Assembly: GCF_046119375.1 (NCBI RefSeq)
Contig: NW_027362761.1
Span: forward strand, 1,213,650,001 to 1,213,714,000
DNA from: Phyllobates terribilis
Lineage: Eukaryota
Direction of reading: 5' to 3'
Length of the DNA: 64,000 nt
Below, in pieces: positions 12,178 through 23,194 of the stretch; position 1 is the first letter of the stretch; every line of letters begins with the position of its first letter. Made by a program: the position numbers and the translations under genes. The notes under the pieces are model-generated. The model had not been told where the DNA came from, searched no databases, and worked only from the letters and a program-made list of their open reading frames with translations.

Positions 12178-15100
12178 AGAAGGCGAGCGGTGAAGCAGCG
12201 CGGGCGTCAAAAACAGGTCTCTGATTTTTGTTGTTCATCTTTATGTTTTTTTTTTAATTTTCTTTTCTGTTTTTTATTTTGTCAATGAAGCTTCAATAAA
12301 TTCTGGTGTCAAAGGCGATTACTGTGCGGTGAATGTTTTATTTTGTTTTCACTTTTCTTTTTCTTTCAAGAGTTTTTCAAACACAACAGAACTGGGATGT
12401 GCTCGGCGCATATATATAACATTCGTTCACATACGGTCCTCGTGGAGCCTACGGCTCGGCCACATTACTCCTTTATAGCGTAAAAGATCTTTTGCTGTTG
12501 CTAAAATCATGAACTATATTTTGCCCTTACATCTTGAGGTGGGTGGCAAGGAGAAAGAATGAACAAGCGTGTGCTCTCGTTACCAGAGGAAATCTCTGTC
12601 TCCTTCCCATTCAAAACTGTTTTTTACAATGTTTTTTTGATTTTCGGTCCCCCCCCACCACCCCCTCCGCCTGTTCGTGTTTACAGCCGTTTTACATTTT
12701 TCTCATCATCTCAAAGTCTTATTCATGTTAGTTGACATCACGTACAGAGACGGTCGGATTATGTCACTTGACTATATATGTATATATTAACAACCTGGGT
12801 TAAGCCTAAAACTGAAAAAATGAGACACAAAGGAAGGGTCTTTTTAAAAGTCTGATGATGTTCTTGACTCCTAGTGTTGAAAAGTCGAGAAGAAATCTTC
12901 CTCTTCTGTCTATATAGAACTGAAAAGTGCATTAGATTCTCTCATTTTTTTTTTTCTGAAAATGTAACCGTGTGTTCTCATGGAGCCGCGTCGTGCCATG
13001 GATGATGACCAGGCTCCTGTCAACCGGTGCCGAGCTCTGCTCTTACATGCAGAAATAACGGGGATCCTACAATTTCTCTCGTGCTGCTTCGCTCCTGTCT
13101 TGAGATCAGGAGTCCTGTTGAGCTCTTAAATACAGCAGTTTTTTTACATTACCACTTGTTATAACCTCCAGCCCATAGAGAAATGTGTTTCAGGCGTTTA
13201 GTCGGTCTGCTGACTGATCTGCTGAAGTTTTCCATTTCAATCGGTTCCTCAGATCACACACGTTTCTGTCACCAGCCGTGGCCGGCGAGTGACTCGGCTC
13301 AGCTAGTATCTCGTACAGAGATTGCTGCTCAGGAAGTCTCTCTCAGCATTCACTGGCTGTGAAGCTTGAAAGGAGGCAGGGAGGAGGCGCGGCAACTGTC
13401 TCTTTTTTTTTTTTTTTTTCAGCTTTTGATGGAAGGTATAGACTTTCTACTACTACTCCTACAGCCGAGGAGTCACCAGCCGCCCAGCACTGAGCGCTTA
13501 CTACACAATAGCTCGGTCTGGGCAGACACCTCGGCTGCTGGGCTTCCTAGATTTTGAAGCGACTGCCACAAGAGGGACCTTCTGAGCGACACGTTCCAAT
13601 CTACTATAGCTGACACTACAAAGCTTATTGTTTTATTTATTTTTAAATTCTTAGGCTGCCAGCTCATATTCTAAGTAGGTATATCATTGGGAAGGTTGAG
13701 TACGTCTCTTGAGATTTTTTTTTCTTTTATTCATTCATTTATTTTTATTTTTTTCTCTGCCAGTGATCAAGTTGGATGGCTTGATTTTTTTTTTTTTTTT
13801 TTTGTGTAGTGGTGATTTTATATGTTGATTTATATAGCGACCGGTGACAGTAGTTCTCAGGTGCCTTTTTGCTGTCGGTCACAATAACGATCTAGACGGT
13901 TTGTGGTCTTCCACACTCCCCGAGTAATCGTGTGCATGGCCATCTAGTGTAAGTTTAGTCACGGTCTTGATAGGAATCATTTGACTGTCGGGTCACCGTT
14001 ACGTTCAATATCTATGCCGCTCATGATCACCCAACTCCACGTAACAGTGTGTGCTATGGCACCATTAGAGAGACAGGCGTCAGCCGAAATAAGGTTACTT
14101 GGATGGTTATCTCTTGTTTCTTGGCCAGATTCACAAATTAGGAATATTAACATGGGTCGGTCGTGGAGTGTTTAAAGCATGTGAGGCAGTGTGTTCGACG
14201 CCCGCGCTTCCCGACACCGTGCTGTAAATTTTTAAACAGGACTAAGAGAGTTGCAGCTTTTAGCTGAATGAGAGGCCCCACACATCAGGTGAAAAGAGTA
14301 AAGGATCACTGATGCCCTCACCAGTCCACCCCTGTGATTTTTTTTTTTTCTGTGCTGCGTGCAACATTGTGCTAACAGTTTTTGCTCTATTAAATGATGA
14401 AAAACTACATGAGAACATTTTAAAAAGAGCATTTTTGACGAGAGTTATGGTCGTTCTTGGATAAGCCAGAGAGGTCCATGAAGGCTTGGTGAATTGTTAT
14501 CGCTCGTCTTTTTGGCCAGATTCACAAATTAGGAATATTAACATGGCTCGATCCTGGAGTGTTAAAAGCATGTGAGACTGGGTATATGAAATCCGCGCTT
14601 CCCGAATCCAAACTGTAAATTTTTAAGCAGAATTAAAAGTCGCAACTAAAGCTGAACGAGAGACCCAAATAAGGTAAAAGGAGCAGCATATCACTGACAC
14701 CGGCCCTGGTTCAACCCCTGTGACTCTTCTGTGCTGCGTGCAACCTTGACCTAACAGTTTTTGCACTATTAAAGGGTGCAAAAATAGATGAGAACATTTT
14801 AAAAAGAGCATTTTTGACGAGAGTTACGGTCGTTCTTGGATAAGCCAGAGAGGTCCACGAAGGCTAGGTGGATGGTTATCTCATCTTTTTTTTTTTACCA
14901 GATTCACAAATTAGGAATATTAACATGGCTCGGTCCAGGAGTGTTAAAAGCATGTGAGACTGGGCATACGACGTCCGTGCTTCCCAAATCTGAACTGTAC
15001 ATTTTAAACAGAATTAAAAGTTGCAGCTATAGCTGAATGAGAGACCAAAGTAAGGCAAAAAGGAGCAACATATCACTGACGCCGGCTCTGGTTCAACCCC

Positions 15101-15284
15101 CTGTGACTCTTCTGTGCTGTGTGCAACCTTGACCTAACAGTTTTTTGCACTATTAAAGGGTGTAAAAAAATATATATAGATAGGAATAAATCTAAAAAAA
15201 AAAAAAAGAGCATTTCTGAAGAGAATTACGTCCGTACCTGGATAAGCCACAGGGTTTCACACTGTGACAGCCTCTTTTAAAGAC

Positions 15285-15843
15285 ATTTCGCTGACAAATC
15301 ACCTTTACATTTTCACATTTGTGGTGGTGGTGGCAGGTCCCATCTATGACGGTGTCTGCAAATTACCTGAGCAAGAGAACTTAAAGCAGCTGCATAATGC
15401 TTTTTGTGAAGGCGAGCTTGGCCGCCAACTGTTCCACAAATGCTGTTTTAGACGAAGAACAATCCGAGAATGAAGAGATGAGGATGAAATTTTTTAATAC
15501 GGTCTCAAAGATGAGCGATGACGAAGTTGGTGTTGTTATACATGAATTTCTGTTATGGATAGAGGACAAACTAAAAAGTCTCATGTGGTCCGATCGGCAA
15601 GAATATAGAAATGTGATGGAACTTTTGCAAATGCAGATAGATCTCACGACTTCTTGCCTACGAGCAACTAAAACAAAACTCGTGCAACACAAAACAGCAA
15701 AGTACTTGTCTCCACAAGGGGATTTCGTCAAAGACGGCGAGCAATCGCCTTGCACCTTTAAGGTCGCGTGTAGCAAGATAACCAGAATCCTTCTGCTGGC
15801 CGAACAAATGATCGCTAATGCAGAGACAAAGCAAAAGTACTGA
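15285..15843 (+). pseudogene. Type I interferon-like pseudogene (unit 3)
   Basis: Start codon ATG>ATT at 15285 and a +1 T in GCTTTTTGTG. The native C-terminus is otherwise present. Confidence 0.75.
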
Positions 15844-18545
15844 AGAAGGCGAGCGGTGAAGCAGCGCGGGCGTCAAAAACAGGTCTCTGATTTTGTTGTT
15901 CATCTTTATGTTTTTAATTTTCTTTTTTCTGTATTTATTTTGTCAATGAAGCTTCAATAAATTCTGGTGTCCAAGGCGATTACTGTGCGGTGAATGTTTT
16001 ATTTTGTTTTTACTTTTCTTTCGAGAGTTTTCAAACATAACAGAACTAGGATGTGCGCGGCGCATATATATAACATTCGTTCACATACGGTCCTCGTGGA
16101 GCCTACGGCTCGGCCACATTACTCCTTTATAGCGTAAAAGATCTTTTGCTGTTGCTAAAATCATGAACTATATTTTTGCCCTTACATCTTGAGGTGGGTG
16201 GCAAGGAGAAAGAATGAACAAGCGTGTGCTCTCATTACCAGAGGAAATCTCTGTCTCCTTCCCATTCAAAACTGTTTTTTACAATGTTTTTTACGGTCAC
16301 CCCCCCCCCACCCGCCTGTTTGTGTTTACAGCCATTTTACATTTCTCATCATCTCAAAGTCTTTTTCGTGTTAGTTGACATCACGTACAGAGACGGTCGG
16401 TTTACGCCACTTGACTATATATGTATATATTAACAACTTGGACTAAGCCTAAAACTGCAAAAATGAGACACAAAGGAAGGGTCTTTTTAAAAGTCTGATG
16501 ATGTTCTTGACTCCTAGTGTTCAAAAGTCGAGAAGAAATCTTCCTCTTCTGTCTATATAGAACTGAAAAGTGCATTAGATTCTCTCTTTTTTTTTTTTTC
16601 TGAAAATGTAACCGTGTGTTCTCATGGAGCCGCGTCGTGCCATGGATGATGACCAGGCTCTTGTCAACCGGGGCCGAGCTCTGCTCTTACATGCAGAAAT
16701 AACGGGGATCCTGCAATTTCTCTCGTGCTGCTTCGCTCCTGTCTTGAGATCAGGAGTCCTGTTGAGCTCTTAAATACAGCAGTTTTTTACATTACCACTT
16801 GTTATAACCTCCAGCCCATAGAGAAATGTGTTTCAGGCGTTTAGTCGGTCTGCTGACTGATCTGCTGAAGTTTTCCATTTCAATCGGTTCCTCAGATCAC
16901 ACACGTTTCTGTCACCAGCCGTGGCCGGCGAGTGACTCGGCTCAGCTAGTATCTCGTACAGAGATTGCTGCTCAGGAAGTCTCTCTCAGCATTCACTGGC
17001 TGTGAAGCTTGAAAGGAGGCAGGGAGGAGGCGCGGCAACTGTCACTTTTTTTTTTTTTTTTTTTTCAGCTTTTGATGGAAGGTACAGACTTTCTACTACT
17101 ACTCCTACAGCCGAGGAGTCACCAGCCGCCCAGCACTGAGCGCTTACTACGCAATAGCTCGGTCTGGGCAGACACCTCGGCTGCTGGGCTTCCTAGATTT
17201 TGAAGCGACTGCCACAAGAGGGACCTTCTGAGCGAAACTTTCCAATCTACTATAGCTGACACTACAAAGCTTATTGTTTTATTTATTTTTAAATTCTTAG
17301 GCTGCCAGCTCATATTCTAAGTAGGTATATCATTGGGAAGGTTGAGTACGTCTCTTGAGATTTTTTTTTTCTTTTATTCATTCATTTATTTTTTTTTTTT
17401 CTCTGCCAGTGATCAAGTTGGATGGCTTGATTTTTTTTTTTTTTTTTGTGTAGTGGTGATTTTATATGTTGATTTATATAGCGACCGGTGACAGTAGTTC
17501 TCAGGTGCCTTTTTGCTGTCGGTCACAATAACGATCTAGCCGGTTTGTGGTCTTCCACACTCCCCGAGTAATCGTGTGCATGGCCATCTAGTGTAAGTTT
17601 AGTCACGGTCTTGATAGGAATCATTTGACTGTCGGGTCACCGTTACGTTCAATATCTATGCCGCTCATGATCACCCAACTCCACGTAACAGTGTGTGCTA
17701 TGGCGCCATTAGAGAGACAGGCGTCAGCCGAAATAAGGTTACTTGGATGGTTATCTCTTGTTTCTTGGCCAGATTCACAAATTAGGAATATTAACATGGG
17801 TCGGTCGTGGAGTGTTTAAAGCATGTGAGGCAGTGTGTTCGACGCCCGCGCTTCCCGACACCGTGCTGTAAATTTTTAAACAGGACTAAGAGAGTTGCAG
17901 CTTTTAGCTGAATGAGAGGCCCCACACATCAGGTGAAAAGAGTAAAGGATCACTGATGCCCTCACCAGTCCACCCCTGTGATTTTTTTTTTTTCTGTGCT
18001 GCGTGCAACATTGTGCTAACAGTTTTTGCTCTATTAAATGATGAAAAACTACATGAGAACATTTTAAAAAGAGCATTTTTGACGAGAGTTATGGTCGTTC
18101 TTGGATAAGCCAGAGAGGTCCATGAAGGCTTGGTGGATGGTTATCTCGTCTTTTTTTTACCAGATTCACAAATTAGGAATATTAACATGGCTCGGTCCAG
18201 GAGTGTTAAAAGCATGTGAGACTGGGCATACGACGTCCGTGCTTCCCAAATCTGAACTGTACATTTTAAACAGAATAAAAAGTTGCAGCTATAGCTGAAT
18301 GAGAGACCAAAGTAAGGCAAAAAGGAGCAACATATCACTGACGCCGGCTCTGGTTCAACCCCCTGTGACTCTTCTGTGCTGTGTGCAACCTTGACCTAAC
18401 AGTTTTTTGCACTATTAAAGGGTGTAAAAAAATATATATAGATAAGAATAAATCTAAAAAAAAAAAAAGAGCATTTCTGAAGAGAATTACGTCCGTACCT
18501 GGATAAGCCACAGGGTTTCACACTGTGACAGCCTCTTTTAAAGAC

Positions 18546-19065
18546 ATGTCGTTGGCAAATCACCTTTACATTTTCACATTTGTGGTGGTGGTGGCAGGTC
18601 CGATCTATGACGGTGTCTGCAAATTACCTGAGCAAGAGAACTTATACCAGCTGCATAATGCTTTTGTGAAGGCGAGCTCGGCCGCCAACTGTTTCGTAAA
18701 TGCTGTGTTAGCCGAAGAACAATCCGAGAATGAAGAGATGAGGATGACATTTTTTTAATACGGTCTCAAAGATGAGCGATGACGAAGTTGGTGTTGTTAT
18801 ACATGAATTTCTGTTATGGATAGAGGACAAACTAAAAAGTCTCTTGTGGTCCGATCGGCAAGAATATAGAAATATGATGGAACTTTTGCAAATGCAGATA
18901 GATCGCACGACTTCTTGCCTACGAGCAACTAAAACAAGACTCGTGCAATACAAAACAGCTAAGTACTTGTCTCCACAAGGGGATTTCGTCAAAGATGGCG
19001 AGCAATCGCCTTGCACCTTTAAGGTTCAACCCCCTGTGACTCTTCTGTGCTGTGTGCAACCTTGA
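18546..19065 (+). pseudogene. Truncated, frameshifted interferon-like copy
   Basis: T7 instead of T6 in the A(C/A)ATTTTTTAAT tract splits the ORF (track ORFs 18525-18758 and 18772-19065). Confidence 0.7.
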
Positions 19066-19209
19066 CCTAACAGTTTTTGCGCTATTAAAGGGTGCAAAAA
19101 AAATATATAGACCCGAGTAAATCTAAATAAAAGAGCATTTCTGATGAAAATTACGTCCGTACCTGGATAAGCCACAGGGTTTCACACTGTGACAGCCTCT
19201 TTTAAAGAC

Positions 19210-19728
19210 ATGTCGTTGGCAAATCACCTTTACATTTTCACATTTGTGGTGGTGGTGGCAGGTCCGATCTATGACGGTGTCTGCAAATTACCTGAGCAAG
19301 AGAACTTAAAGCAGCTGCATAATGCTTTTGTGAAGGCGAGCTCGGCTGCCAACTGTTTCGTAAATGCTGTGTTAGCCGAAGAACAATCCGAAAATGAAGA
19401 GATGAGGATGAAATTTTTTAATACGGTCTCAAAGATGAGCGATGACGAAGTTGGTGTTGTTATACATGAATTTCTGTTATGGATAGAGGACAAACTAAAA
19501 AGTCTCTTGTGGTCCGATCGGCAAGAATATAGAAATATGATGGAATTTTTGCAAATGCAGATAGATCGCGTGACTTCTTGCCTACGAGCAACTAAAACAA
19601 GACTCGTGCAATACAAAACAGCAAAGTATTTGTCTCCACAAGGGGATTTCGTCAAAGACGGCGAGCAATCGCCTTGCACCTTTAAGGTTCAACCCCCTGT
19701 GACTCTTCTCTGCTGTGTGCAACCTTGA
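19210..19728 (+). CDS. Interferon-like ORF, open but C-terminally truncated (172 aa, ends SPCTFKV-QPPVTLLCCVQP)
   Basis: The ATG is 21 nt downstream of the GTG used by the ORF track. The last helix is replaced by promoter-derived sequence. No poly(A) signal of its own seen. Confidence 0.45.
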   Translation: MSLANHLYIFTFVVVVAGPIYDGVCKLPEQENLKQLHNAFVKASSAANCFVNAVLAEEQSENEEMRMKFFNTVSKMSDDEVGVVIHEFLLWIEDKLKSLLWSDRQEYRNMMEFLQMQIDRVTSCLRATKTRLVQYKTAKYLSPQGDFVKDGEQSPCTFKVQPPVTLLCCVQP

Positions 19729-19872
19729 CCTAACAGTTTTTGCACTACTAAAGGGTGCAAAAAATATATATAGACAAGAGTAAATCTAAATAAAAGAGCA
19801 TTTCTGACGAGAATTACGTCCGTACCTGGATAAGCCACAGGGTTTCACACTGTGACAGCCTCTTTTAAAGAC

Positions 19873-20391
19873 ATGTCGTTGGGAAATCACCTTCACATTT
19901 TCACATTTGTGGTGATGGTGGCAGGTCCGATCTATGACGGTGTCTGCAAATTACCTGAGCAAGAGATCTTAAAGCAGCTGCATAATGCTTTTGTGAAGGC
20001 GAGCTCGGCCGCCAACTGTTTCGTAAATGCTGTGTTAGCCGAAGAACAATCCGAGAATGAAGAGATGAGGATGACATTTTTTAATACGGTCTCAAAGATG
20101 AGCGATGACGAAGTTGGTGTTGTTATACATGAATTTCTGTTATGGATAGAGGACAAACTAAAAAGTCTCTTGTGGTCCGATCGGCAAGAATATAGAAATG
20201 TGATGGAACTTTTGCAAATGCAGATAGATCGCACGACTTCTTGCCTACGAGCAACTAAAACAAGACTCGTGCAATACAAAACAGCAAAGTACTTGTCTGC
20301 ACAAGGGGATTTCGTCAAAGACGGCGAGCAATCGCCTTGCACATTTAAGGTTCAACCCCCTGTGACTCTTCTGTGCTGTGTGCAACCTTGA
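19873..20391 (+). CDS. Interferon-like ORF, open but C-terminally truncated (172 aa)
   Basis: Same structure as 19210-19728. Confidence 0.45.
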   Translation: MSLGNHLHIFTFVVMVAGPIYDGVCKLPEQEILKQLHNAFVKASSAANCFVNAVLAEEQSENEEMRMTFFNTVSKMSDDEVGVVIHEFLLWIEDKLKSLLWSDRQEYRNVMELLQMQIDRTTSCLRATKTRLVQYKTAKYLSAQGDFVKDGEQSPCTFKVQPPVTLLCCVQP

Positions 20392-20535
20392 CCTAACAGT
20401 TTTTCAACTATTAAAGAGTGCAGAAACTATATATAGACAAGAGTAAATCTAAATAAAAGAGCATTTCTGACGAAAATTACGTCCGTACCTGAATAAGCCA
20501 CAGGGTTTCACACTGTGACAGCCTCTTTTAAAGAC

Positions 20536-21078
20536 ATGTCGTTGGCAAATCACCTTTACATTTTCACATTTGTGGTGATGGTGGCAGGTCCGATCTATGA
20601 CGGTGTCTGCAAATTACCTGAGCAAGAGAACTTAAAGCAGCTGCATAATGCTGTTGTGAAGGCGAGCTCGGCCGCCAACTGTTTCGTAAATGCTGTGTTA
20701 GCCGAAGAACAATCCGAGAATGAAGAGATGAGGATGACATTTTTTAATACGGTCTCAAAGATGAGCGATGACGAAGTTGGTGTTGTTATACATGAATTTC
20801 TGTTATGGATAGAGGACAAACTAAAAAGTCTCTTGTGGTCCGATCGGCAAGAATATAGAAATATGATGGAATTTTTGCAAATGCAGATAGATCGCGCGAC
20901 TTCTTGCCTACGAGCAACTAAAACAAGACTCGTGCAATACAAAACAGCAAAGTACTTGTCTCCACAAGGGGATTTCGTCAAAGACGGCGAGCAATTGCCT
21001 TGCACCTTTAAGCTTCAACCCCCCTGTGACTCTTCTGTGCTGTGTGCAACCTTGACCAAACAGTTTTTGCACTATTAA
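20536..21078 (+). CDS. Interferon-like ORF, open, truncated with an alternative tail (180 aa, ends LQPPCDSSVLCATLTKQFLHY)
   Basis: An extra C in the junction C-tract shifts the tail frame. Confidence 0.4.
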   Translation: MSLANHLYIFTFVVMVAGPIYDGVCKLPEQENLKQLHNAVVKASSAANCFVNAVLAEEQSENEEMRMTFFNTVSKMSDDEVGVVIHEFLLWIEDKLKSLLWSDRQEYRNMMEFLQMQIDRATSCLRATKTRLVQYKTAKYLSPQGDFVKDGEQLPCTFKLQPPCDSSVLCATLTKQFLHY

Positions 21079-21198
21079 AGGGTGAAAAAATATATATAGA
21101 CAAGAGTAAATCTAAATAAAAGAGCATTTCTGACGAAAATTACGTCCGTACCTGGATAAGCCACAGGGTTTCACACTGTGACAGCCTCTTTTAAAGAC

Positions 21199-21717
21199 AT
21201 GTCGTTGGCAAATCACCTTTACATTTTCACATTTGTGGTGGTGGTGGCAGGTCCGATCTATGACGGTGTCTGCAAATTACCTGAGCAAGAGAACTTAAAG
21301 CAGCTGCATAATGCTTTTGTGAAGGCGAGCTCGGCCGCCAACTGCTTCGTAAATGCTGTGTTAGCCGAAGAACAATCCGAGAATGAAGAGATGAGGATGA
21401 AATTTTTTAATACGGTCTCAAAGATGAGCGATGATGAAGTTGGTGTTGTTATACATGAATTTCTGTTATGGATAGAGGACAAACTAAAAAGTCTCTTGTG
21501 GTCCGATCGGCAAGAATATAGAAATATGATGGAACTTTTGCAAATGCAGATAGATCGCACGACTTCTTGCCTACGAGCAACTAAAACAAGACTCGTGCAA
21601 TACAAAACAGCAAAGTACTTATCTCCACAAGGGGATTTCGTCAAAGACGGCGAGCAATCGACTTGCACCTTTAAGGTTCAACCCCTTGTGACTCTTCTGT
21701 GCTGTGTGCAACCTTGA
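21199..21717 (+). CDS. Interferon-like ORF, open but C-terminally truncated (172 aa)
   Basis: Same structure as 19210-19728. Confidence 0.45.
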   Translation: MSLANHLYIFTFVVVVAGPIYDGVCKLPEQENLKQLHNAFVKASSAANCFVNAVLAEEQSENEEMRMKFFNTVSKMSDDEVGVVIHEFLLWIEDKLKSLLWSDRQEYRNMMELLQMQIDRTTSCLRATKTRLVQYKTAKYLSPQGDFVKDGEQSTCTFKVQPLVTLLCCVQP

Positions 21718-21863
21718 CCTAACAGTTTTTGCGCTATTAAAGGATGCAAAAAAAATATATATAGACAAGAGTAAATCTAAATAAAAGAGCATTTCTGACG
21801 AGAATTACGTCCGTACCTGGATAAGCCACAGGGTTTCACACTGTGACAGCCTCTTTTAAAGAC

Positions 21864-22386
21864 ATGTCGTTGGCAAATCACCTTTACATTTTCACATTTG
21901 TGGTGGTGGTGCCAGGTCCGATCTATGCCGGTGTCTGCAAATTACCTGAGCAAGAGAACTTAAAGCAGCTGCATAATGCTTTTGTGAAGGCGAGCTCGGC
22001 CGCCAAATGTTTCGTAAATGCTGTGTTTGCCGAAGAACAATCCGAGAATGAAGAGATGAGGATGAAATTTTTTTTTTAATAAGGTCTCAAAGATGAGCGA
22101 TGACGAAGTTGGTGTTGTTATACATGAATTTCTGTGATGGATAGAGGACAAACTAAAAAGTCTCTTGTGGTCCGATCGGCAAGAATATAGAAATATGATG
22201 GAACTTTTGCAAATGCAGATAGATCGCGCGACTTCTTGCCTACGAGCAACTAAAACAAGACTCGTGCAATACAAAACAGCAAAGTACTTGTCTGCACAAG
22301 CGGATTTCGTCAAAGACGGCGAGCAATCGCCTTGCACCTTTAAGGTTCAACCCCCTGTGACTCTTCTGTGCTGTGTGCAACCTTGA
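21864..22386 (+). pseudogene. Truncated, frameshifted interferon-like copy
   Basis: T-tract expanded to T9 followed by TAA, plus a TGA in the helix-B region. Confidence 0.7.
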
Positions 22387-22530
22387 CCTAACAGTTTTTG
22401 CGTTATCAAAGGGTGCAAAAAAAAAATATAGACCAGAGTAAATCTAAATAAAAGAGCATTTCTGACGAGAATTACGTCCGTACCTGGATAAGCCACAGGG
22501 TTTCACACTGTGACAGCCTCTTTTAAAGAC

Positions 22531-23049
22531 ATGTCGTTGGCAAATCACCTTTACATTTTCACATTTGTGGTGGTGGTGGCAGGTCCGATCTATGACGGTG
22601 TCTGCAAATTACCTGAGCAAGAGATCTTAAAGCAGCTGCATAATGCTTTTGTGAAGGCGAGCTCGGCCGCCAACTATTTAGTAAATGCTGTGTTAGCCGA
22701 AGAACAATCCGAGAATGAAGAGATAAGGATGAAATTTTTTAATACGGTCTCAAAGATGAGCGATGACGAAGTTGGTGCTGTTATACATGAATTTCTGTTA
22801 TGGATAGAGGACAAACTAAAAAGTCTCTTGTGGTCCGATCGGCAAGAATATAGAAATATGATGGAACTTTTGCAAATGCAGATAGATTGCGCGACTTCTT
22901 GCCTACGAGCAACTAAAACAAGACTCGTGCAATACAAAACAGCAAAGTACTTGTCTCCACAAGGGGATTTCGTCAAAGACGGCGAGCAATCGCCTTACAC
23001 CTTTAAGGTTCAACCCCCTGTTACTCTTCTGTGCTGTGTGCAAACTTGA
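22531..23049 (+). CDS. Interferon-like ORF, open but C-terminally truncated (172 aa)
   Basis: Same structure as 19210-19728, but Cys49 is changed to Tyr (AANY). Confidence 0.4.
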   Translation: MSLANHLYIFTFVVVVAGPIYDGVCKLPEQEILKQLHNAFVKASSAANYLVNAVLAEEQSENEEIRMKFFNTVSKMSDDEVGAVIHEFLLWIEDKLKSLLWSDRQEYRNMMELLQMQIDCATSCLRATKTRLVQYKTAKYLSPQGDFVKDGEQSPYTFKVQPPVTLLCCVQT

Positions 23050-23088
23050 ACTAACAGTTTTTGCGTTATTAAAGGGTGCAAAAAAAAA

Positions 23089-23127
23089 TATATAGACAAG
23101 AGTAAATCTAAATAAAAGAGCATTTCT
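23089..23127 (+). promoter_or_regulatory. Putative TATA box (TATATAG) and Inr-like CATTTC of the interferon-like gene
   Basis: TATATAG at 23089-23095; CATTTC with A at 23122, 33 nt downstream of the TATA start; no upstream ATG before 23195. Repeated in the 663-bp units. Confidence 0.5.
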
Positions 23128-23194
23128 GACGAGATTTACGTCCGTGCCTGGATAAGCCACAGGGTTTCACACTGTGACAGCCTCTTTTAAAGAC

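Noticed and set aside
19189-19209. MTASFKD N-terminal extension in the ORF track
   Set aside because: It begins at GTG. The first ATG, 21 nt downstream, directly precedes the signal-like leader.
19409-19421. AAATTTT as a -1 ribosomal frameshift site rescuing T7 copies
   Set aside because: A +1 T insertion needs a +1 shift, not -1, and no downstream stimulatory structure was evident.
19269-19679. Recurrent 136-143-aa antisense ORF (MQGDCSPS...)
   Set aside because: It starts at a non-ATG codon, is the shadow of the interferon-like CDS, and has no recognisable motif. Recurrence only reflects the repeat.
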